A stretch of 64,000 nt of DNA from Terriglobia bacterium (GTDB lineage Bacteria; Acidobacteriota; Terriglobia; Bryobacterales; Bryobacteraceae). The DNA is taken from positions 20,637 to 84,636 of the forward strand of contig CAWIQF010000024.1 in assembly GCA_963838205.1 (NCBI GenBank). Direction: 5' to 3'. This document shows, in pieces, positions 49,483 to 59,102 of the stretch. The notes under the pieces were generated by a model. That model saw only the letters and a list, made by a program, of their open reading frames with translations, did no database searches and was not told the DNA's origin. The translations under genes were made by a program, and so were the position numbers. Position 1 is the first letter of the stretch. Every line of letters begins with the position of its first letter.

Positions 49483-49554
49483 GATTGTTCCAGGCATTGT
49501 TTCAAACATTGTTTCGAGCATCGCTTCAAGCATTGTTTCAAGCTTTTGTTTAGG
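49483..49554. repeat. five to six tandem copies of a 12-nt unit CATTGTTTCAAG
   Basis: gattgttccagg | cattgtttcaaa | cattgtttcgag | catcgcttcaag | cattgtttcaag | cttttgtttagg. The array lies between the cdd stop (49550) and the amidohydrolase start region. Confidence 0.85.
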
Positions 49555-49936
49555 CCAGTGACTGTGCATCGAACGGCTCCGGGAAAAGGTCTCGCAACTG
49601 GAACGTGAGGGTGTCGCCGGCGGCGTTGCCGAGCACAATCGGAATGTCGCCGCAGAGATCCCAGAGCACCTGGCGGCATGCCCCGCAGGGCGGCGTCAGG
49701 CGTGTGGCGGCGGTAGCGATGGCCAGGCGTCGAAAGCGGCGCGCCCCGCCGGCAACCGCGGCAAATACAGATGTCCGCTCGGCGCAGATGGTCAGGCTAT
49801 AGCTGGAAGATTCAATATTGCAGCCGCCGAAAATCCGACCGTCGTCGCACTCGATCGCCGCACCGACCAGGAAGCCGGAGAAGGGGGCGCGCGCATTCTG
49901 GCGGGCGGTGAAGGCGGCTGCGAGAAGCGGGTCCAT
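49550..49936 (-). CDS. cdd: cytidine deaminase
   Basis: Start at MDPLLAAAF, 128 aa. CAERTSVF and PCGACRQVL zinc-ligand motifs of the homotetrameric CDA type. The rest of ORF 49550..51013 is antisense to the GH43 gene. Confidence 0.85.
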   Translation of the reverse strand: MDPLLAAAFTARQNARAPFSGFLVGAAIECDDGRIFGGCNIESSSYSLTICAERTSVFAAVAGGARRFRRLAIATAATRLTPPCGACRQVLWDLCGDIPIVLGNAAGDTLTFQLRDLFPEPFDAQSLA

Positions 49937-50011
49937 GCAAAGTCCATTGTCCAACGGATGCGCGGCGGCGTGGCGGGCCGCGCGAATGGGATAGGCTGAT
50001 TTCAACTGCAT

Positions 50012-51076
50012 ATGATCCTTCGAACTCCTGCTATTTGCCTGTTCGCGCTCGCGCTGGCCGCTCACTCTCAGCCCGCGAAAGCGCCCCAGCCGTCCGCTTT
50101 CCGGCCTGGAGAAACCTGGCTGGACACGGCGGGCCACCCGATCCAGGCCCACAGCGCCGGCATCCTGCTGCACCACGGAGTTTACTACTGGTACGGCGAA
50201 GACAAAACGCTCGGCAACTTCAACCGGACCGGTGTCTCCGCGTACTCCTCGCGCGATCTGTACAACTGGACGCGCGTGGGCGTGGTCCTGCCGAAGGAGG
50301 CCCTGCCCGAGCAGTTCCGCGACCACGGCATCTGCGAGCGGCCCAAGGTGATTTACTGTCCGAAGACGCGCCAGTTCGTGATGTGGATGCATCTCGACAG
50401 CGCCGATTACAGCGTCGCGAGCGCCGGCGTGGCCACCGCGGACAAGCCTGAGGGCCCGTTCAAATTCTTCGGTTATTCGCGCCCCATCCGCTATGATTTC
50501 GGCTACCCGGCCAACGACCGCACGCGCCAGCAAGAGCTCGGCAGCACGTTTCGCGATATGAATCTGTTTGTCGATGACGACGGCCAGGCTTACGTGTTTT
50601 ACGCCGCTGAAGGAAACCCGACGATGTACGTCAGCCGTCTGAACGCGGATTTCACGGGAGTGGAAACGCCCTCGGTCGAGGGAAAAACGTGGGCCCGCAT
50701 TCTGGTGAAGCAGAGCCGCGAAGCGCCCGCGCCGTTCCGCTACAAGGACCGCTACTACCTGATCACGTCCGGCACCAGCGGCTGGGCTCCCAATGCCGCC
50801 ACCTATGCCGTCGCCGCCAACATTCTTGGTCCGTACATCGTGAAGGGCAATCCGTGCGTGGGCCCGGACGCCGCGACGACGTTCCATTCGCAGAGCACAT
50901 TCGTGCTGCCTGCGCCGGGCAACAGGCCGGGCGCATTCATCTTCATGGCGGACCGCTGGTTTGAAAAAAACCTCGTGGACTCGCGCTACGTCTGGCTGCC
51001 TTTGCAAGTGCACGACGACGCCACGCTCACGCTCGAGTGGCGCGACCAGTGGGACCTTTCCGTGTTCGACAAATAG
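50012..51076 (+). CDS. glycoside hydrolase family 43-like exported protein
   Basis: Signal peptide MILRTPAICLFALALAAHS. WLDTAGHPIQAHSAGILLHHGVYYWYGEDK, ...RDMNLFVDDDGQAYVFYAAEGN... and ...YYLITSGTSGW... resemble the GH43 five-bladed propeller. Confidence 0.75.
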   Translation: MILRTPAICLFALALAAHSQPAKAPQPSAFRPGETWLDTAGHPIQAHSAGILLHHGVYYWYGEDKTLGNFNRTGVSAYSSRDLYNWTRVGVVLPKEALPEQFRDHGICERPKVIYCPKTRQFVMWMHLDSADYSVASAGVATADKPEGPFKFFGYSRPIRYDFGYPANDRTRQQELGSTFRDMNLFVDDDGQAYVFYAAEGNPTMYVSRLNADFTGVETPSVEGKTWARILVKQSREAPAPFRYKDRYYLITSGTSGWAPNAATYAVAANILGPYIVKGNPCVGPDAATTFHSQSTFVLPAPGNRPGAFIFMADRWFEKNLVDSRYVWLPLQVHDDATLTLEWRDQWDLSVFDK

Positions 51077-51100
51077 TCCGCGCGCCCGCCGGTCCGGGCT

Positions 51101-54100
51101 CTACTTGGCCGGAGTCGATTCCAACCTGTAAGCGAAAACACCGCGCTCGTGATGCAACGCCGGCTCGCCACTCTCCATGGTGACGGGGACGGTTTTCAGA
51201 ACGTGGCCGTTGATGTCGAGCGCCTGCGCCGGCCCAACAGCGGCCGGCATCGCGAGTCGTTTCGGGATCCGGATCAGGCCCGCCTCGCTTTCCGGCAGCG
51301 GCATCAGCACCGTGGCTTGGCCATCCCGGGTCAAACGGTACCCGACGCCGCGGCCGCGCTCGTTTACGTACTCGCCGCCGGGCCCGGCGGACCACTCAAC
51401 GACCACACCACCCTTGCGCTCAATGGCCGCCGTGATGCCATTTTCCGCGCCGGGGACGTGCGCGTAGAAACCGTACGGTGGCAGCACGCGGTCGCCCGTG
51501 TGCCAGTCAGCCGTGCCGCGATTCACCCACACGTCGCCCCCATTCGTCCAGCGCACATGCTGATGATGGATGTCGGCGTTGACGAATTCGACCGACTCGA
51601 TGCGCTGGCCCGCGAGCGCCCGCATCAGCTCGTGGAGCAGCCAGTATTTGCGAACAACGTTGCGGTTGAACGGGTTCGCGACCATCGCCGGATGGCCCGT
51701 CAGGACCTCGGTCGCGATGTAGTCGTCGCTGTAAATGCCATGCGTCGCCGGGTCGAGGCTCGCCGGCGTAGCGGTCGGGATAGCCCGCGCCGTGGAGGAT
51801 GAAGCGGTCGTGGTAGGCCGCGTCGAGCCACGGGATGCGCTCCGCGTCGGCCGCCTTGACGTGCAGGGTGAAGCCGCGCGACGTGTCGGGGTCGATGCGC
51901 AGGTGCTGGGCCTGCGCGCCGTCGAGCCAGCCGATCAACTGATCGTGGCCCGCTTCGGAGATCGTCGGAGCGTTGTTGCCCAGATAGTCGCGGATCCAGG
52001 CGAAGGTCTCGCCCCAACTTCGGCGCGTCACCGTGCGGTCGATGAATTGCCCGTCGCTGGTCCAATAATCGTACGGACTGATGGACGACCAGACGTCGAT
52101 GAAATAAGCCGTCGGCGCAAATCCGTCGCGGATGAGCTTCAGGTTGCGCTCGACAAACGGCCGCAAGCGGTCGGGCCGCGAGCGGTAGCTCTGGACATTG
52201 GGGCCGTAGCGGAACCAGGCCAAATGCGGCTCGCCCTCGCGCGTGAAAGCGATATTCGAGTAGCTGAAACCGTCGGCGTCGGGATAGAAGTCGATGTAGT
52301 TGTCGTGCGGCGCGAACAGCACCCCGTTCTGTTTGCAGACGTCCGCGAGGTGGCGGAACTCCTCCAGGGTCCCTTCCTTAGGGCTGGGTGGAAAAATGTC
52401 CGGCAGCCGGTAATCGTAGCCCCAGCGCTGCCAATTGTGCCAGACGACCGCGGCGTCGGTCAGGCCATAGCGGAACGCTTGCTCCAGCGCGCGCGCGCCT
52501 TCGCCGTAGCGCCCCGACCACAGGTCGAAGACGAAGCGGCCGGCGAGTTTCGGCACGCCCGCCGAGGCGCGGCGCGTGTCGATGTCGCGCCACGTCCTCA
52601 CGCCTTCCCACACGTTGGCCGCGGGGATCAGCGTAATCGTCTGCGAATGCGCGACGTCGAGCGTGTAAGTGCTGGTCGCGGGATCGACGCGCAAACGGTC
52701 GGGCGATGCGTCCACGGCTTCCACGATGGAGCCGGAAGGGAATTCGAAACCGACGTAAGAAGATGCCAGGTTGTGCCCGTCGTAGCTCATACTGAAGCGC
52801 TGCGGATCTTCGAGCACATTGCCCACGCCGCCGTAAACGCGGCGCGCTTTCTCGCTCCACGCGCCGAGAGAAACCTTCTGCAGGTAGACGCTGAGCCAGG
52901 GCTTCGCGGCGGGTGCGTGCTCGAGCCAGACGCGGCAGCGCAGAGCCTTCGATTCCACTTTGAGTTCACTCAGTAAATCGAAATCGCCGGCCCAGGAACG
53001 GAAGCTGTGCCGCAGACGATATGCGCCGTCGGTTGACTCGTCGCGCACCGCAATCAGTTCGCTGGTCGAACGCGGATCTTCCAACGCGTCGTCGAGCACT
53101 TCGGCCTGCAGGCCATGGAACATCGGTCCGCCGCGCCCGGCGGCAAAAGCGATGGTCGAGTCCAGGATGCCGCGTCGGCCGGGCCAGATCAGGACGTCGT
53201 GCCCATTCAGGCTGCCCAGCTTTTTCGGGGCCTGATTCGCTTCCGGCGGAAAGGCCGACGCGGGCGGGACAGCGCCCGTCAGTAGGACCGGCTCGCCGAA
53301 GTTGACTTGGCCGGGCGCTGCGGAGCCCTGCGTCTCGGCTTCGAATTGCAGGCTGATTGCCTGCCCGGCGAAGCGCTGGAGATCGACCTCGCTATCCTGC
53401 CAGGTCTCGGATGATGGTTTTCCTTCGAACAACACTTCGCCCGAAGGGAGCAGCCGAACCCGCGCCAGCGGCGCTGGCAGCGAGCCCGACTTCGCAGTCG
53501 AAAAGCGGAGCCGGATGGAGTTCGACGCCGGCAATTGCAGCGGGAACTCTGTCGCCGCCCAGCCGATGCGATCGCGCATCGACGGGGCGTTGGTCCCGAG
53601 GCGGACGGTGATGGATTCCATCGAGCGCCCGGCGGCCGGACGCCGCGCCTGGCCGGAGAATGCGATGGCCGGCTGCGTCTCGTACACCGGATTCGGGGCC
53701 GCGCCGAAACTCGTGTTCTGTTCGACCCGCACATGCTCGCGGTGCAGCGGCAGCCGCCACAGCGCCAGCGCGCCGTTGGCCGCCACAGGAAACGGCTTCC
53801 ACTCGACTTGCGGGTTGGCGCGCGGTGGATTGGACTGTCGCGGCAGCACCAGCAGGATCGGATGAGCCACCAGCTTGCGGCCCGCCTCTTCGAATTCCAC
53901 GTAGGCGTGGATGGGGTAGTACGCGTTGTAAGTCCCCTCCGCGAATTGGACCCGGAACGCGACGCTCGCTTCCCCCTTCGCCGCGACGCTGAAAGCGACG
54001 GGGCCCGCATGATCCGCGCTCCACTTGTCGGTGAGCTTCAGACGCACCGTGCCCGCGATCCGAGCGCTTCCGGAGTTGCGTATTTCGACGTCGACCGTGA

Positions 54101-54275
54101 CCGGCGTGCCGGGGGTCTTGAAATCGGCCAAGCCGCCCGCGCCGTAGTTGCCTAACGCGGGCAGCGGAATGCTGACGGTCAGACTGCCGGCTGTGACGAT
54201 GCTCGGTTCGCGAACTTGGGCGACGGCCGTGGCAAAAGGCAGGCACAGAGCAACGATTGAAATCAGGCGACGCAT
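51101..54275 (-). pseudogene. large (~1058 aa) exported protein, possible glycoside hydrolase, interrupted by a 1-nt frameshift near 51750-51765
   Basis: ORF 51507..54275 (signal peptide MRRLISIVALCLPFATAVAQ) reads well to ...FILHGAGYPDRYAG and then turns Arg/Gly-rich. The frame of ORF 51101..51685 is open upstream of its first ATG and reads ...LDPATHGIYSDDYIATEVLTGHPAMVANPF..., a natural continuation. Confidence 0.6.
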
Positions 54276-54446
54276 GAGGATTCTCCCGGACTCGACTTAC
54301 TCGAACGACCTTTCACCGAGATACTATCGCTCTCCGACGCCCGGCGCTTCGTTCCGCCGCGCGCAAACGGCTGTGCGCTGCAACTCAGGCCGCGGACTGG
54401 ATCGCCGCCGGCCGACGTGTCCCTTGTGGCCGGTCACCTCCGAAAA

Positions 54447-54458
54447 GAGAATATTCTC
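54447..54458. promoter_or_regulatory. perfect 12-bp palindrome GAGAATATTCTC in a divergent intergenic region
   Basis: Read directly from the sequence. It lies between the start of the large exported-protein gene (-) and the GT-like gene (+), ~13 nt upstream of a GATATAAG -10-like word. Confidence 0.3.
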
Positions 54459-54634
54459 GGCCTGTTCTGAGGGATATAAGAAACGCGCGACATGGATGCG
54501 TCTCCACGCGGGAGTAAATCAGCGGCCAAGGAGAAGCATTCGAGTGCTCCTGCCGGACCCGTCGCGTTACCGGATGCGTTGGGGGCCGCAGAATTCGCAT
54601 TACGACAACCGCTTCGCCTGGAGAGAGTGCCCCG

Positions 54635-55642
54635 ATGCATGCCGTGATCTGCTACAAGAACTTCGCCGCGAACCGCAATATCAGCCATATCGGATTGGGT
54701 GTGGCCGCCCTGAACAACAGCAAATGTCTCAGCCGTGAGGGGATCACGACCGACGTCTGGCCCACGCTCGACGCCGCCGATCTGAAGCGCCAGTTGAAGC
54801 TTAATGCCGGCGTCTCGCACGTCGTGATTTCAGCGCCGTGGATTCCGGCCGTCGAACTCATGAAGCTGACCACGGAGTTCCCGCGCGTCCAGTTCGCCAT
54901 GAACTGCCACAGCAACGTAGGGTTTCTGCAGGCCGACGCCAGCGGCGTGAAACTGGTCGGCGCGGCCATGGAGGTGCAGCGCGGCACGGCCAATTTCCTC
55001 GTCGCCGGCAACAGCCGCAAGTTCGTCGACTGGGCCAGCGAGACCTTCGGCTTCCCGCTCATCTACCTGCCGAACCTGTATTTTCTCGAGGGCGAGACCG
55101 AGCGGCTCAGGCCGCCGCTCCACGGCGATCTGCTCCGGGTCGGCGCGTTCGGGGCGACACGGCCGCTGAAAAATCTGATGTCGGCCGCTGGCGCGGCGCT
55201 GACCATTTCACGACTGCTCGGTGTGGACCTTGAGCTGTGGATTAACAGCGGCCGCGACGAAGGCGGCGGCTGTATTCTGCGCGCCATCGACGAGTTGTAC
55301 GCCATCACCCGCCACGCCACGATCGTGAAAGCGGGCTGGTCCAGTTGGCACGACCACCGCAAAACCGTGGCGCGAATGAACCTGCTGATCAACTGCAGCT
55401 ACACCGAGAGTTTCAACATGGTGACCGCGGATGGCGTCGCCGAGGGCGTGCCATCGGTCGTCTCCGATGCCATCGGCTGGGCGCCGGCTTATTGGCGCGC
55501 GTCGGTCAACGATGTGCTTGAAATCGCGCGCGTCGGACGCCATCTGTTGTTCGATCCTCGCGCGCCCCGCGACGGATATCGCGCGTTGCTGCGCCATAAC
55601 TCCGAGGGCGTCCGGGCTTGGAAGGATTTTCTGGGAGTGTGA
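54635..55642 (+). CDS. hypothetical protein, possibly GT-B fold glycosyltransferase-like
   Basis: GGAGAG RBS. The C-terminal half has ESFNMVTADGVAEGVPSVVSD, resembling the E-x7-E region of GT4 enzymes. The N-terminal half was not recognised. Confidence 0.5.
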   Translation: MHAVICYKNFAANRNISHIGLGVAALNNSKCLSREGITTDVWPTLDAADLKRQLKLNAGVSHVVISAPWIPAVELMKLTTEFPRVQFAMNCHSNVGFLQADASGVKLVGAAMEVQRGTANFLVAGNSRKFVDWASETFGFPLIYLPNLYFLEGETERLRPPLHGDLLRVGAFGATRPLKNLMSAAGAALTISRLLGVDLELWINSGRDEGGGCILRAIDELYAITRHATIVKAGWSSWHDHRKTVARMNLLINCSYTESFNMVTADGVAEGVPSVVSDAIGWAPAYWRASVNDVLEIARVGRHLLFDPRAPRDGYRALLRHNSEGVRAWKDFLGV

Positions 55643-55900
55643 GCCGGTCCTGCGGGCGCAGTCAATCCAGGTAGTCTATGCGCGCGCCCCGGATGCTGTG
55701 CCGAACACAGAGGACACTTCCCGTCCACCGCATGTTTCTCTTCGCATTTCGCAATTTCCACGGCGGTCTGTCGTTTTAGCAATGACGCCGCGGGTCGGGG
55801 CACTGAGGTCGGATGATGCAGCTTCCTGGCGCGGGATTGACCGGAACTTGCCGGCGTCCTGTCTCCATGACTTGCCCAGACATTGAACTATGGGAAGGAC

Positions 55901-55931
55901 GAATAAACAAAAAGAGCCGGGCATCCGGCTC
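55901..55931 (-). terminator. rho-independent terminator (minus strand)
   Basis: The minus strand reads AGAGCCGG-atgc-CCGGCTCT followed by TTTTGTTTATT, about 70 nt downstream of the stop of the 54-aa ORF. Confidence 0.55.
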
Positions 55932-56001
55932 TCTAGGTCACCACTGCATCTTTCCCTTTCAGCAACACTTCACGCGCTGCCGACGCGCCATTCTGCTCAG
56001 G

Positions 56002-56166
56002 TCAGTGCCGCACGGGATAGATCGGTTCCACTTCCAGAAACCGCTTCATCAGGTGCTCGACTGCTTGAAAAACGCGCAGCGTTCCGTGAGCCACCTTCAG
56101 ATACCACTTCTCCCTATCCGCGAACGGCTCGGAGAAGCCGCCAATCGCGCTCATCTTGTGGGTCAT
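56002..56166 (-). CDS. hypothetical 54-aa protein
   Basis: GGAAAGGAAAAG purine-rich RBS-like tract 4 nt upstream of ATG 56166. GC3-rich codons. Own terminator downstream. No family recognised. Confidence 0.35.
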   Translation of the reverse strand: MTHKMSAIGGFSEPFADREKWYLKVAHGTLRVFQAVEHLMKRFLEVEPIYPVRH

Positions 56167-56300
56167 CGCGCTTTTCCTTTCCACGTCTCCGTGCGATCGC
56201 GGATAACGTCCCAGTCTCAGAAAGGACTCAACGCGTCCCCTGATTCGGAACGCGCCCATCCCCCGACAGGAGGACTGCCACCCGACTCAACTTTAAGCGG

Positions 56301-56347
56301 TTGTCGTCAAATTGTCAACGAGTTGTCAACAATATGTAACAACTTGT
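56301..56347. promoter_or_regulatory. cluster of TTGTCAAC-type words (candidate operator/promoter region)
   Basis: TTGTCGTCAA-a-TTGTCAAC-gag-TTGTCAAC-aatatg-TAACAACTTGTT, located between the divergent micro-ORF (-) and the Hfq-like gene (+). Confidence 0.35.
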
Positions 56348-56425
56348 TCGCCTTCCATTCTGTCCACGGCAGTTTACGCCCCCCACCGCGCATCAACCGC
56401 CGCGCTACGATGGAAATTCACGGTC

Positions 56426-56644
56426 ATGCCCAAGTCCAAGGCGCCTGCGCAAACTTTTGAAGAACCCAAGTATCTGGCTCGTCTGGTCGAACAGGCGGCC
56501 GACGTGCGCCTGCGGCTCGTTTCAGGCGAGGAGTTCACCGGCATTGTCGAATACTGGGACGTCGATTTCCTGCGGCTGACTCGCAAGGACGGCCCGAACC
56601 TGTTCATCTTCAAGCGCGACATCCGCTACATCGCCGAACTCTGA
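56426..56644 (+). CDS. Sm/Hfq-like RNA-binding protein (72 aa)
   Basis: Aligns by eye to Hfq. YLARLVEQAADVRLRLVSGEEFTGIVEYWDVDFLRL corresponds to [36 protein letters not shown] (Sm1). IFKRDIRYI corresponds to VYKHAISTV (Sm2). The stop is 13 nt before the suhB-like gene. Confidence 0.55.
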   Translation: MPKSKAPAQTFEEPKYLARLVEQAADVRLRLVSGEEFTGIVEYWDVDFLRLTRKDGPNLFIFKRDIRYIAEL

Positions 56645-56657
56645 GCATCTAAAACTC

Positions 56658-57476
56658 ATGGCCCAATTCCTGGAATCCGCCTGCGACATCGCCCGCGAAG
56701 CCGGCGCCCTTCTGGCCGGCTTCTACCATCGTGGCGTTCAGTATGAGCTGAAGGATAAGTACGACCTCGTCACCGAGGCCGATCGCGCCAGCGAAACGCT
56801 CGTTGTCGAGCGCCTCAGCGCGCTTTTCCCCACCCACTCGATTCTTGGTGAAGAAGGCGGCCAGCGCCAACACTCCTCCGAATATCAGTGGTACGTCAAC
56901 CCGCTCGACGGCACCACCAACTTCGCTCACGGCTATCCCATGTTCAATGTCACGCTGGCGCTTGAACGCGCCGGCGAGACGATCTGCGGCGTGATCTTCG
57001 ATCCGCTGCGGCAGGAGCTGTTCTCGGCCGAACTCGGCGGCGGCGCCTTTCTCAACGGCCATCGGATCCACACCAGCCCCGTGGCGCAACTCGAGCGCGC
57101 ACTGCTCTCCACCGGCTTCCCCTCGCGCAAGCGGCATGAGAGCGTCAACGTCCACTTCTTCTACCAGATCGCCATGGGCACCCACGGAGTGCGCCGCGGC
57201 GGCTCGGCTGCGATCGACCTGGCCTACGTTGCCTGCGGGCGGCTGGACGGATTCTGGGAATTCGGTTTGAACCCCTGGGACATGGCCGCCGGCCTGTTGC
57301 TGATTCGCGAAGCGGGCGGCAGTACCAGCGACATGAAAGGCGCCCCCGTCAGCCTGCGTGGACGCCACATCGCCGTCTCCAACGGACCGATCCACGCCGA
57401 GTTGATCGCCCTGTTCGCAGAAATATTTCAGGGCCGCCATCGCTATCCAATGCCCGAGATTCAACCTCCTGAGTAG
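56658..57476 (+). CDS. suhB: inositol monophosphatase family protein (SuhB-like)
   Basis: ...ILGEEGG..., WYVNPLDGTTNFAHGYP and ...WDMAAGLLLIREAGG... signatures. Confidence 0.85.
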   Translation: MAQFLESACDIAREAGALLAGFYHRGVQYELKDKYDLVTEADRASETLVVERLSALFPTHSILGEEGGQRQHSSEYQWYVNPLDGTTNFAHGYPMFNVTLALERAGETICGVIFDPLRQELFSAELGGGAFLNGHRIHTSPVAQLERALLSTGFPSRKRHESVNVHFFYQIAMGTHGVRRGGSAAIDLAYVACGRLDGFWEFGLNPWDMAAGLLLIREAGGSTSDMKGAPVSLRGRHIAVSNGPIHAELIALFAEIFQGRHRYPMPEIQPPE

Positions 57477-57582
57477 GCCTTTTTCCTCGAAATTGCTGTA
57501 ATATCGGAGTGTTCCCGCCATCACGAAGCCTGCTGTCCGCTTTACGGGCGCTCCGCCGAAGTGATACGCTAACAGATTGAAA

Positions 57583-58887
57583 ATGCGTACAGTAGACCTC
57601 ATCCAGAGGAAGCGCAACGGGGAGGAACTGGCCCCCGAAGAGATTACCTGGCTGGTAGAAAGTTTCGCCGCGGGCGAAATTCCCGACTACCAGATGGCGG
57701 CATTTCTCATGGCCGTGTATTTCCAGAGCATGAGCGACCGGGAATGCACCGTCATGACCGAGTCCTTCATCGCCTCCGGCGAGAAGATCGATCTGAGTTC
57801 GGTCCCCGGCCCCAAGGTCGACAAGCACTCCACCGGCGGTGTCGGCGATAAGACGAGCCTGATCGCGGCGCCGTTGGCCGCTGCTGCCGGCATCAAGGTG
57901 CCGATGATCTCCGGTCGCGCGCTCGGTCACACCGGCGGCACTTTGGACAAGCTCGAATCCGTGCCCGGCTTCCGCACCGATTTGAGCGTTGACGAGTTCC
58001 GCGAGCAGCTCGCCAAAATCGGCTTCGCCGTCATCGGGCAGGGCCCCACGGTCACGCCCGCCGACGGCAAGTTTTATGCGCTCCGCGACACCACCGCCAC
58101 CATCGGATCGATCCCGCTGATCGCCGCCTCGATCATGGCTAAGAAACTCTCCATGACCCTCGACGGCCTGGTGCTCGATGTCAAGGTCGGTTCCGGCGCG
58201 TTCATGAAGCGTCAGGTAGATGCGCGCCGGCTGGCGCAGATGATGGTGACCATCGCCCGCCGCGCCGACCTTCGCGCGCAGGCTCTGGTGACTGACATGA
58301 ATCAGCCTCTGGGCTACGCCATCGGCAACGCGCTCGAGATCATGGAAGTCTCGCAGACCCTGCAGAACGCCGGTCCCGCCGACCTCACCCGGATCTCGCT
58401 CGAACTCGCCGCCCGCATGATCTTCCTCGGTAAGCTCACCGCTACCCTCGACGAAGCGCGCGAGACCGCCCAGCGCCACCTCCTCGACGGCTCCGGCTAC
58501 CGCAAGCTGAAGGAACTGATCGCCGCTCAAGGCGGCAATCCCGCCGTGCTCGACAAGTTCGAACTGCTGCCCAACGCCACCGGCGCGATGGAGATTCCGG
58601 CCCCCCGCGCGGGCTACGTCTCCGCCATCGATGCCGAGGAGATCGGTCTGGCTTCCACCGTCATCGGCGCTGGCCGCGACACCAAGGAGTCCGTCATCGA
58701 CCCCGCGGTCGGCGTCATCCTCGAAGTCAAAGTCGGCCAGAAGGTGGAGGAAGGCAGCGTCCTCTGCCGCCTTTACTACACCCGCGAGGACAACCTCGAA
58801 GACGCTGCCGCGCGCGTCGAGGACGCCTTCCGCATCTCCGCTTCCGCGCCCGAAGGCCGCGAGCTGATTCTCGAAGTCGTCAGCTAA
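57583..58887 (+). CDS. pyrimidine-nucleoside (thymidine) phosphorylase
   Basis: MRTVDLIQRKRNGEEL..., ...VDKHSTGGVGDKTSL..., ...SGRALGHTGGTLDKLE... canonical motifs. A TTG at 57577 is an alternative start. Confidence 0.9.
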   Translation: MRTVDLIQRKRNGEELAPEEITWLVESFAAGEIPDYQMAAFLMAVYFQSMSDRECTVMTESFIASGEKIDLSSVPGPKVDKHSTGGVGDKTSLIAAPLAAAAGIKVPMISGRALGHTGGTLDKLESVPGFRTDLSVDEFREQLAKIGFAVIGQGPTVTPADGKFYALRDTTATIGSIPLIAASIMAKKLSMTLDGLVLDVKVGSGAFMKRQVDARRLAQMMVTIARRADLRAQALVTDMNQPLGYAIGNALEIMEVSQTLQNAGPADLTRISLELAARMIFLGKLTATLDEARETAQRHLLDGSGYRKLKELIAAQGGNPAVLDKFELLPNATGAMEIPAPRAGYVSAIDAEEIGLASTVIGAGRDTKESVIDPAVGVILEVKVGQKVEEGSVLCRLYYTREDNLEDAAARVEDAFRISASAPEGRELILEVVS

Positions 58888-59102
58888 AACCGGCACCTCA
58901 ACCAGCCCGATTCTCGCCGCCTGGGGTTGTCGTCCCTCCGCCGGAAATCGTGTCTCGCCCGTCGTTTCCATGCCCGAGTCGTTTCAGACTTTCGGACGCG
59001 CGCCAACGCCCGCTGCCCGGGATCAGCAATGTTTCGGCTGCGTGACCGCCGCTCTATTTGATAGCCTTTCTATTTCGATCCCTGCCTGCAGGAGGCTTCC
59101 CC

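Noticed and set aside
49366-49638. Long N-terminal extension of the amidohydrolase (MCSATPP... / MLEAMLETMFETM...).
   Set aside because: The part above 49550 overlaps cdd. The remainder is Arg/Pro-rich or a translation of the 12-nt DNA repeat, and it precedes a normal signal peptide that can start at GTG 49365. It is kept as an uncertainty rather than a call.
49937-51013. Upstream 359 codons of minus-strand ORF 49550..51013, suggesting a 487-aa cytidine-deaminase fusion.
   Set aside because: That part is antisense to the well-supported GH43 gene and has antisense-type composition. Cytidine deaminase homology begins at MDPLLAAAF (49936).
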